From Epiperipatus broadwayi (Eukaryota; Animalia; Onychophora), in assembly GCA_028023455.1 (NCBI GenBank), contig JAQFVV010000009.1, forward strand, positions 7,068,001 to 7,132,000: DNA of 64,000 nt. The letters run 5' to 3'. Under the pieces are notes generated by a model. That model ran no database searches. It had not been told where the DNA came from and saw only the letters and a program-made list of their open reading frames with translations. The translations under genes and the position numbers were made by a program. Positions 24,418 through 35,730 of the stretch are shown here, one piece after another (the stretch's first letter is position 1; the number at the start of each line of letters is the position of its first letter).

Positions 24418-25651
24418 GGTACTGTTCTATTAGCGTGTTGATACCGCTTGATGGTGTTGATCCCATCCAAACGCACATAAATATGCCGTTTAGTTGGCCA
24501 CGCTACAGTCAAACCCCAAATAGCCACAACTTTTTTTTTTCTGTTGTAACTAACAGCTTGCTTTGTCTTGCACAGTTTGTGCAAGCGCACACAATCCTAT
24601 CTTTTACCAATGTTAACACTTCGCTATTGTACCATTTTAGGGTGGATTTAAAGTTTGCAGACCTATTGCAATCTGCATTCAAAAGTAATTACGGTACAAC
24701 TTACCTAACGTAATATTAAAAAATAATAATTATAAGTCCATTACCTTGCTTCCGAACCCAACATGTAAGGTGTACATAATTAGAAAAGGTTACGGGAAAC
24801 CACAATTTCACTGTTCTCCCGAAAAAGCCACAGCTCACGCGAACACCTACGAGAAATTAAAATGTCTGACTGTAAAATTTCTCGTAGTTATATCCAGAGA
24901 CAAAAAGAAATTGTAAAAAAGAATACATTTCTTAATCTTAAAAAACAAAAACAAAAAACAATCAAGTTGGAAATTATTAATTGTTATTAATAGGTGTGCC
25001 ATTAATGTTATCCACCATAACTTAGTGTCATATTCTTTCAAAGATAGCTATTGGAATAAATAAAGATTAATTTTCCTTTTTAAAAATGACCCCCCCCCCC
25101 CCAAAAAAAAAAAAAAATCAAATATAGTTCAGTAATTAAAGCATTCTCATTTTCTTCTGCCACGATGTAGTTAGTTATCTGTCAAGCAACGATAGTAGAC
25201 TTTTAAAGTTTGCGGGGAGGGGGGAGGGATTTTACTAGAATAGAATATTTGCAATAACATCTGTTAATTGATAAGTTTTAATTGTTGCGGATGTGAAAAG
25301 TCATACCATCTCCCGCCTACATTGCAGGACTAATATGAAATTTGTAGGTACTTGTTAAAGATTTAAATTTATCATCTTAAAATTGTTAATCGAATAAATT
25401 TACAATAATTTATTAAGGAAATTAATCAATGAATTATGTTAACCTGACTGTAAAATTTATCGTAGTTATATCCAGAGACAAAAAGAATTACAGTAATTTA
25501 TTAAGGAAAATAAATGAATTACATTAACCCATACAATTATTCTTATTATTATTTCAGAAATAACGTGGTGGGCCCGATAACATTATTTTTATGCGCGTTT
25601 TCCTAGAAACAACGCCATCATGCGGTATCAACACACTAATAGAACAGTACT
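24418..25651. mobile_element. 1.23-kb non-autonomous DNA transposon, Merlin-like ends
   Basis: TIR ggtactgttctattagcgtgttgataccgc.tgatgg.gttg versus caacgccatcatgcggtatcaacacactaatagaacagtact. 8-bp flanks gttaaaac (24410-24417) and gtaaaaac (25652-25659) match 7/8. Confidence 0.75.
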
Positions 25652-26123
25652 GTAAAAACATTGTGATATTATATTTAATAATAAATTCAATGCGCTTTTA
25701 TTTACCTGCCACTACCATGACCTGGAGTTTGAATATAGGCTAGGTGAAAGTTTACATTTTTTTAGGTTCAATCAGGCATAGGATTTTTTTTTCAAGTTGA
25801 TGTCCAATTAACCATCCAATTATTGGTTAATATGTGATATTGTTTGTTATAGGATAAACCAGAAAATATAATTCATTACTAAATAATATTCAAACTTGGT
25901 TGGCATTCTCTTCTCCGTCACTGTAGAGATTTGCAGTTGATTATTTAAATACTACATTACCTTTACTGAAAACATTTATTTGTTTTAATTTAAAGTGAGC
26001 TTTCTGACAATAAATTATTTTCTGAAAATTAGTTTTATAAAACTTTAATTATATTTATGGTTTTGGATCTGATCGAAAAAAAAAGTTAATAATAATTAAG
26101 AAAACTTAATGATGTTTAATAGA

Positions 26124-26801
26124 TAAATATTTGAAAACCAGGGCACTTTACAAAACTGGAGCTTAATTGTAAATATAGGGGATTGTACTCAGACTTTCAA
26201 GCACCCTTCAAGTAACCACACTATCTCATACAACTGATGCTGGTTTAGCATGAAATACGAATATTGGAGATTATTTATCTTTTCTATATGTGTGTGGTCA
26301 TGTGTATCAGTTGTAAGAGATAGTGTGGATAGTTGAAGGTGCTTGAAAGTCTGAGTTCAAATCCCCTATATTTACAATTAACTTCCATGTTTGTAAAGAG
26401 GGCCTGGTTTTCAAATATTTACACATGAAGTTTGTATCCTGTATTTAAATGGATAAGGTACTACACATAAGGGATCAGAGTGACTTGAGGTCAACATGGG
26501 CATAGCAATAATATTGGCATCAGCATGGGATTTGGGCTTTCCATCATCAGATTTTCAATGATATGGATGGCTGAAGAGTTGGAGTTGAAGCCTGTCCATT
26601 AAAGTATGAAGATTTGTTATCTTAATATAAACTGAGTACTGATTATAAATATGTGTGGGAGATGATAATTTAGATCAACTGATGAGTGCTGGTTTAGCTT
26701 GAAATACATATATTGGAGATTATTTATCTTTTCTACATGTGTGTGATCATGTGTATCAGTTGTATGAGATAGTGTGGATAGTTGAAGGATGATTGAAAAT
26801 C
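26124..26801 (+). mobile_element. R2 insertion with 5' foldback and 14-bp TSD, in the last intron of the + gene
   Basis: tgatgtttaataga at 26110-26123 and 26802-26815. Arms 26124-26238 and 26306-26421 are complementary. One broken and one core-intact hammerhead lie about 445 nt apart. Confidence 0.9.
26663..26723 (+). ncRNA. Type I hammerhead, core intact; predicted cut after 26712
   Basis: ataattt-aga-TCAA-CTGATGA(26679-26685)-GTGCTG-GTT-TAGCTT-GAAA-TACATAT-A/TTGG-agattat. Stem II weakened by a U.U mismatch and G-U pairs. Confidence 0.75.
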
Positions 26802-27075
26802 TGATGTTTAATAGAGGTACAAATGGAACATTTCAAATTGAAATACAAAAAAGAGAATTTGAGTTTAAGTTATGTATCACTTTTCTTGCTATTTAATCAT
26901 AATGAATTGCATTATTTATACTTATTTTAATATATGTAAATGAGATACTTATTTTATATAGCGCGATGTTTTTGAATTGTTAAGATCCACAAAGCGCATG
27001 TGCATTAGTTTAAAAAGCTGATTATTAGTTTATTTTAATATAAAAAATATTGACTCAGTTTTTTTTTTTTTTTAG

Positions 27076-27292
27076 CAACAAATTAAAATCTCCTGGCTCT
27101 CCACTTGCTACTCCTTTAAGTCATGATTTGACAGATCATGAAGTAGCAATGGCAACATGTCGAGGCCGAACTTTATCACGGCAGTCTAGTGTGGGATCAT
27201 TTTCTGATTTAGCTCCATCACGAGCAGATACTGGCACTCCTTCTGAGTACTCTGAAAGTGAATCAGCCCGCTCCAGTCCAGTTGAATCATAA
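27076..27292 (+). CDS. Terminal coding exon of unidentified gene; Ser-rich tail ...KSPGSPLATP...RGRTLSRQSSVGSFSDL...SARSSPVES*
   Basis: Long T-run+AG acceptor (27074-27075), GC-richer open frame, TAA stop at 27290-27292. Confidence 0.8.
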
Positions 27293-29379
27293 GATTGTCC
27301 TGCCCTACAACACAGATAGTAATAATAATAATGGACCAACTTGTGAGAACATGCCCACTCTCAGGTTTTTAAGCAAACTCTAGATTTTGTAGTTTCTGGA
27401 AAGAAAAAAAAAGAAAAAAAAAAAGATCTAGAATATTTTTGCAGTTAGCACTGTGATTTCCTGTCCCTGAAGTTATTTTTAGAGATTGAACTGGCATTAA
27501 TTTTTATTTGTCAGACAGAATGCCAAATATTATGTGACTCAAAGTAGACACCATGGACAGTTGTCATCAGGCCTTATCAGGTGATTGTGGTGGCAAATAA
27601 TAAAACTTTCATATAGGATTTGTATATTTTCTTGCAGAGTTTTCTCCATATTGTTTCTGTTAAATCTTCCAAAAATGGTATTTTTTCCCCCTCTGGAATG
27701 ACACACCTGTGATAGGTGGGGTGCAATTTTGCACTGATTGTATATAAATAAAATATCATTCCAATAATTTATAAGGTGAATTTTTTTATATATATTTATT
27801 TTTTATACCAACACATAATAATTTTAATTTTTTAAATAAAATATAAATCATATGTCGAGATTGCCTTTAAAAAAAATTTAAAATATGGATGCAACTAGAT
27901 TTGTTTGAAAGATTTGACCAATTAAATTAATTCTTCACATTGAATTTAGTGCAAAATATGATTGTACATTATTACAACAATCAAATCTAATATATAGAGA
28001 GAATTTATGTCATTGTATAATACAGTATATAATAGCAGGCAAACTATTTTAAGAATACAGAGTTGTGGCTAAGATTACACAATGAAATTAAATTTTTGCA
28101 ATAATTTTTTTTTATCATGTTAAAATAATTAGGATTGCTTTTTCCCATTTGTATATAATTTTTGTGATTTTAAATAGGAAATGAAAGGGATGTTAAGTTC
28201 ACTTAGTAAGATCTCACTAAATTTTTTTCACTTTGCTATTCAAATATTGTTATTGATAAAAAAGAATCAGTTTTTTTTTTCAGTATTAATTTAATAAAAA
28301 ATGTGATTATTTACATAAAGATTATAAAATTGATATATTTCTTTAACAATATTGAATTGCAACCGAGGAATTATTGAACACAATACAAATATAATAGAAA
28401 TATTAAACTCAATTTAATCATTATTGTCATTTTTTATTTAGTAGATACTGCAGAATATTTTTCAAAGTTATAATCTCAAAATGATTCCATATTTCAGTTT
28501 TAAAGACACTATAACTTTATTTGAATTATCAATAATATGATGATATAAATTTTTTTTTAATTTTTACCTTAAATTACAGTCTAATTTTAATATATAATTA
28601 TATGAGCACAGACTTTCACACGACCCACCACTCTATCTAGTAAATTTTTTAATATAAAGTGCTTTTATTACTTAATTATAGGAATTTGATTTGTAGTTTT
28701 TACATCTTAAAATGTCTTTTATTAAACTGCAAATAATTGCCAAAGTAATAATATTCCAAATATAGAATATTATTGAAAATATGAAGGCCGATAGTTCATT
28801 TTTCATAAAGTAAATATAGATATATACACAGGCATATATAAGATCTGAATAAATAATATTATAAAATATTTAAAAGCTTAATTGAAATTATTTCTAGACT
28901 ATATATTTAATCCTGAGCACATATTCTTTTATACTTAAAATTGAAAGTTATATCATAATTGCTTGAATTCCGTTGACCAGAAACCAAGTTTGGTTTAGAA
29001 AGGAAATTAATTTGGCCAAATGTCTTTCATTTTTTCCTTCAATCATTGATGCTGTACTTTTACTTAAAATCTGTTAGATATATACCAGATGTTTACCAAT
29101 ATTTTATAGAAAAAATATGCTTGTAATAATGGTTTTTATTAAAGGATAATGAAGTTAAAACATTTATTTGAAAAATTTGTAAATATTGTTTTTGATAATA
29201 TGAAAATATTGTTGGGATAACATTATAATGTTTTGTTTTTATAAATATACGCTGTGCCTGTGTATTTATTCTCATTATTTTTGTATGAAATATTTTAAAA
29301 AATAAAACTTTCTAGATAATGAGAAAATTTAAATAACAGTATCTTCAATTTCCTCAGAATCTTTACTATGTTAAACTAA

Positions 29380-30480
29380 ATTATTCTATAAAAAGATTTG
29401 CCACATTGTTGAATTTCTCTCTAATTATGTAATGGAGGTCAATCTCGGGACAAATGGTTGCCTCAAGATTTGTGGCCAAGCCGCAGAAATTCCTCGGTTT
29501 CCCAATGCACTTGTCTTCAGTTTTAATGAGAAGAAGTATCCAACAATCCCTGCTGGAGGCAACCAAAAAGATAACCACATCATTGTCTGGAATATATCTT
29601 TCCATCTATGGTAAAGTCACATTATTAAACATGATGGTATTGACAAAGATTAATTATTATCTCCCTGTGATTAAGCCCACTAAACAGTTTATCTCGAAAA
29701 TTGCATCCTTATGCTCTGGAAAAAGAAAGCAGTAGCAATAAGCTACAGACAGATGCAACGTCCCAGGGCCATTAACGGAATGGGTCTCCATGATATTTCT
29801 ACATTATGGTTCCAGAAGTCTTACAATTTTCTCCATAAATTAAAAATGAATCAACAGAATGAAGAAATTCCAACACTCATCATTCCAACAAACCGGCCTC
29901 CACCACCGCAGAGAAGAAACTGGCTGGATCTCCAAGTAAACAAGCTTATGAAATGCATAGCAATCAATAAAGACACATTTCAAAACAATTAACATACTGG
30001 TAGCTCTTTAATATAAAGCACCCTGACTTAAAAGACCATCTCTCAAGTTTAGCCATCACAAATGATAAATTAATAAGGAAATTCAAAAGATGGAGCTTAG
30101 AGTCCAAATATCTGGATTATTTAATCAAAATCAATGTAAATGCATTACCTACTAATGAATTATTAGTTAATAAAAGAGGGTACTCAAAAATTGACTCAAC
30201 CTGCATGATTTGCAAATAAGAAGATGAAAACAACTATTTCAGATTCTGATGCAATCAGCTAATGCAACTTAAAAATATACTAATGAATCTGATCAAGGCA
30301 AATCAATCTAAATTATTTAATTTGAAAGAATCTATCAGAAAAAGATCATACCCAGAAATTAGACTCTCATTAATTCTTGATCATCTATTGTGGATTACTA
30401 GATGTAAACTAGTATTTATCATCAAAGTTTTAATCCTATTAACTTCATGCAGAACAATCTAAAGAAAACAAGAACAAGAG
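29380..30480 (+). mobile_element. L1/Tx1-clade LINE remnant (RT C-terminus and zf-RVT)
   Basis: KFLGFPM, YLSIYGKVTLLNMMVLTKINY, LWKKK...QRPRAINGMGLHDI and CMICK..E..NxF..C across frameshifted ORFs 29454-29992 and beyond. Confidence 0.75.
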
Positions 30481-31379
30481 ATAGCCTGATAACCCCCGAG
30501 GGTATTTTTACCATGACTTGGGACATGCTGCATTTATCCTCTCCATGACCCAACCAATAACAAGATGCTCCGAAAAAGAGAAAACAGCCTCAAATTCGGG
30601 AAAACCAAATGAAGGAATGAGGAAACACTTTGAACAAAATATGTACCAAATAATAATATAATATAATATAATCTTTAATAAATTATTTGGGGGGGGGGGA
30701 CGACCTACAAAAGATTTCTAATTCATTTTGTGATTAACTTGAATGTGTATTACCACATTCTGTGTCATTAAACAGTTTTATCATTAGTCATTTTTCTGCT
30801 AAATTTCTAATGGTTTTTTTTTTTTCATTATTTAATAAATCTCAATAGTCTTTAATTTTCAATCCCCTATAAATGTTCTTAATATCCAAATATCATTCGC
30901 ATCTATTACTGATTTTTTAATATCTATTTATTGTTTGTATTTCTTTGTCTTTATAATTTTGTAGCTCTCTCTTGCAAAAAAGTGCATTTCAGTTGCTTAA
31001 TTTATCCTTTATTTATTATCCATAACTTTTGTACAATTGATTTATATGAACTTTTTTATTATTGTGTAGGATATTTTTGTTCCATAGGATACAGTTATGT
31101 TATAATGATCATTCATTATTTTGCAATTTTTTAAGTGACCAAAAACCATACCTAAAAAAAGGTTGTCTTTTTTGATTGTTATAAAATATTCAGTTGTGGT
31201 TTATTTTTGATGCTACTTCTGAATCAATGCATGTGTTATGTAATGTCATAGTTTAACTATTCACCACAAAAATTTTAAGGTGTTAACATCTGGATCATGA
31301 ATTATGACACGAAATGTGATAGAATATTTAGTATTTGAAACCATAGTGGAATAAAATTCTGACTTTAAATTTTGTTTTA

Positions 31380-31500
31380 AATCAACAATATAGTAATGAA
31401 GGCCATTAGTCACAAGAAAGTTTTCAAGTGGTTTGCAAGATTTCATGATGGCAAGGAAAACATTGAAGATTATTCTTGATGGTAGGAAACACATTCATGA
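31380..31500 (+). mobile_element. Mariner transposase HTH fragment
   Basis: KWFARFHDGKENIED resembles the Mos1-type WFxRFxxGxxxxED motif. Confidence 0.5.
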
Positions 31501-32039
31501 TTTTGTCATAACTTTTGATTCAGACATACTAGCATCTTAAAATTTTTATGATATATAGCTGAACTATGTTATTATATAACACGTGTTGATTTAGACATGG
31601 CACTGCAGATAGTTTGGAGAGAACTAGACACCTTTTCATTGGGATATAGTAATTGCTAACATTATATCAAGAAAATTTGATTATCAGCAAAAATTAGTAA
31701 AAAAAAAAAAAAATTTTTAAGAATATATATGGCAACATTCATAATTTTGGTTTTACAATCCAGTTATCTCCATCTAATAATAATTAAATATTTACTTGTC
31801 TATCTGAAATAAACTTCTAAAGTTCATTAATCACTGTACTTTTTTTGAGAGTTAATGATATAGGAATATTCCAGTTTTGATTTTAACTTCATTTATAGAA
31901 ACACTTCTTCAAAACAATATATACTATGAAAAAAGAAGTGAAATCCCAATATTGTATTAACATTTTGAGAAATGCTATATGTATTAAATAAAATTGTTAA
32001 ATATTAATGTAAAATAATTTTAAAATCTGAATAAATTTA

Positions 32040-32290
32040 GATAAGTCCATGTTGCAGTTAAAAGTACAAATAGATGTAAGATAAACATTAGTCTAGATCT
32101 CTTCCATCTTCTGGCTTGTCTCTTCCATTTTTAGGATAGTTTTAACAATTGATCCATCATATTTTCTCTTTGTTTCTAATGAACTATGTCTCTTTATATC
32201 TTTTCCTTCAATTGTTTTTTGGAGATTAATTAAAGTTTGCTTTTATATTTCACAGCAAGATAAATCTTAGATCATTAGATTGTTACTTGG
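32040..32290 (-). mobile_element. RTE-like LINE 3' remnant
   Basis: Minus-strand HxIRNKEN...KRQARRWKRS resembles GHxxR...RGRPxxRWxD. Confidence 0.35.
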
Positions 32291-32482
32291 CTATTAATTT
32301 TTATTTTTTGTATATTATAAAACAATTTCTCAGTTTATTTTAAGTTAAATTTAATTAAATCATTAAGTCTTAATTGAAATATAAACCTTTAAGTCTATAT
32401 ATCTATGCAACTATACTATCGCTTAATTTATTAAATACTGTGAATATATTTCTATAGATATAAATATGTATGTTAGATATTA

Positions 32483-33537
32483 CAGGTGGCCAAACTTATA
32501 GATGTTGGGGGCAACCTTTTTGGTCAAAGTGTACCTGAGAGTGACTATGTTTTTTTCAGGGCTCCGGAAAACAAACAAAAAAAAATCATTATTTTTGCTT
32601 GAAGTCCTGGTTTTTTAGAATGTACTTACAAATTTTTTTTTTTTTTTAATAAGAGCTTTTTAGGTATTCGCAAATATTGGGGACATTTTTAGAAGATACT
32701 TATGAACAGGTGAATTTTTTTTTTCTATAAGATACTATCTGTTGAAGACATTTTACTATGACTACTATTAAATTATCTCACTTTATAAAATATTTATTAA
32801 ATTACAATTATTTAAATTACCTATAAATAATTATTTTCTAGAGCTGATCTTGAATTTTAAAAAAAATATACAAAATTAAAGTTAATCAATCAATATTTTT
32901 ACCAAAATATAACAAATTCTGAATTTTTTTATTATTATTTTTTTCATTCACTTGTATAATTGATAAGTAAATACAAGTAAGGAAATCTACCCCCCTGGGG
33001 GGGCACTCCCTTCTAGCGAGACTTCGAAAATTTGGTAGAGAAAAAAATATATTTAACAATAAAAATATTTTATAAAAGTCCTCTATTTCAGTACTTTGGA
33101 AAATCCTCACATTTTCTCTACTAACAGTCTTTACAATAATTAGACATTAAGTTCGTTTCTTGCTTTGAAATCTATTTTCTTTGATTATTTGCTAGCTAGA
33201 CAAAGTGTTTTAAAAAGTTCACAACGTCTTTATTTTAATCACTTCATTAAAATCCTTGTTTTTCCAGGACAAGTTATTTTTACCAATTTTAGTTCTAGTG
33301 TTACATAAAAGTAATATAATTCTTTTCAGCTTCTTCCAACTTGGATTTATTTTTGAGATAGACAACAACAATAGGTGTTATTTTAAATTTAACTATTTTT
33401 AAAAGAGAATAATCTTGAATTTTTATATTCAAATCAGCTCTGAATATTTATTACTATCATTAGTCAGTGTTCACGTCAGGCGATCGATCGCCTTCCAGAT
33501 ACCTTGTGGGCAACTGGTCGACATCTTGCAACCCCGG
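32483..33537. mobile_element. Possible hAT-type non-autonomous element
   Basis: Starts caggtggccaaactt / ggggcaacctttt and ends gcgatcgatcg...cttgcaaccccgg, resembling Charlie-type ends; no TSD found. Confidence 0.35.
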
Positions 33538-35595
33538 CTATATATAATGCTAGTACAATTTAACTAAAACTTTATTAACAATACAAAATCTCTACACATG
33601 CTTGGATAGAGAACAAATATTGAAAAAAAATGGAGTTGAGTATATTGCTTGAAGATAATAATGAACAATTGAATTCCAAGAAATTAGATCTGGAAAGAGA
33701 CATATGATAAAAGAAATTTGTTGGTATAATGCGAAGAGAGGCTATTGGAGAAAAAACTTGGAGAGATCTTGAACCTGCTGTAGAATGATAGTTGAAAATA
33801 TGTCATATAAAAAATAAAATTTATATCTACATAATACCAATTTATTTTTCATTATTTTTACATAAAATGTTAAAAATCATAACTTTTTAAATAATAAGAA
33901 AATTTAAACTATTTTTCCAGAGTGAAGTGCTATCATTATGAATGGTGTTTAACTAAATCATTGTGTTCATAAAAACATTTACCGATTGTTGAGTTTCTTT
34001 ATAGTTATACAATTAAAAAAAAAGCCACAAATAGATGTATCTCATTTTGTGTTATCCTTATGTCATGATGTTTATATTCATTTAGCATTTTACTGCCAAA
34101 TTCTTAGTAGTCTTCATGCCTGTTATTATGTTTGTCATTGATTGATTTAATTTTGTCTCTTATTAATTTTCTGGCTTATTCTTGCACAAAGTCCATTTCT
34201 TTTGCCAATTTATTTTTTATTCCTTATCCATACATATTTCTCAAAGTTATACTTTGTACAGTTGATTTAAATCACGTGTTATCTATTCATTATTTGCAAT
34301 TACCGACCATTTCTAAGAGTGATTCAATGATAAATAATTTTTTGCTTTATTTACAAAATATTGTTTATTTTTGATTGCATTTTAGATAATCTATTGAGTA
34401 CACATAAAATTTGTACTTTTATATCAAGAATTTGATCATGAGTAACACTCCTAAGAATGATAGTCATATTTGTAATTTTTGTCTTATAATGATTAACAAG
34501 GAACAATTATCTTCCTTATAGTAATAATTAGATACTCATTTATCAATAATATTGACAAATTGAAAGAAAAATTGTGCAGATAGCAACATGAAAAAAAAAA
34601 AGTCCAATATTGTATCAAGATTGTGAAATTGCTATGTCATAAGTCAAATTCTGATAATATTAATTTCATATTTTAAAACCTGGATAATGAATTTAAACAA
34701 TGTTATTGATTATAAACTAAACATTTACTGTTACTTCTTCTTTTATGTATAAATTTTTATGTTTTTTTCCTATGATTATTATTATATTTAAAGGATATAT
34801 CTTTCTTTTGGAATAAAATGTTTTACTTGTTACTTATGCTAAATGAACAAAGATGAATGTTTACAAACCAGAATTTTTAGTTGAGATTTTATCTAAATAT
34901 TTTTTTTTTTTAAAAAAAAAATCAGGTTGATTAACTTAAATATTAAAATAAATAAAAATAATCACTTGCTTGGGAGATTAAATAATGTTCAATTACTAAA
35001 GTGATTTTTGAATATAACAATTTCATTCAGAATTAATAAAAGATTTTTATTGTGTTATTTGAAAATTAAATTTATTAAACTTTAGTTTTTATGTCTACTA
35101 CTATGGCATGGGAGGAATATATTTGTATTCCTTTATCTTAAATATCTTCCAAATTATCGATAAAGATGAAATCTTAGTATATAAAACGCTAAATTTTTTA
35201 AAATATAAGATTATTATTTGGAAGCAAGATTTTTTTTCTTCCTGGCTTATTTAAAGTATCAACCTTTTTTCAAATTTTTAAATTGCTCTCTCCAAAAAAT
35301 ATACTAATTTTTTTCCCCACTACAATATTTTTCTCTTTAAAGAATTTATATCTAGTTTAATTATCTCAATTATATGGTAGGTGTGCCATCTAGTTTTATT
35401 TCTTTGAGTGGATAATAAGATTGTTGCATCCTTTTTAAAACATGTAATTGCATATCTAGAAATTATTTTTATTGCTGTTTCAAATATATTGCTGATAATA
35501 ATTTAGGACAATTTGTGTATTTAATGATTAACATAAAATAAGCCCCGATTATTGAAAAAATTCAGCATTTGTAAATAAAGCTTACCTAATATAAC

Positions 35596-35730
35596 TGTAA
35601 CAGTCCAGGGGCTGTCAGGGTTCGCATCTAACTATGGCTCTTAGATCTTTGGGTAGGATGCTGGAGATGAAGTACATAACCAATGATTGCATCCACTTTC
35701 AATTGACTAGCTCTAAAGCTGTTTATTAAA
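35596..35730 (-). mobile_element. Possible LTR 3' (R-U5) fragment
   Basis: Minus strand AATAAA (35727-35722) followed by about 125 nt of GC-richer sequence ending TGTTACA. Confidence 0.35.
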
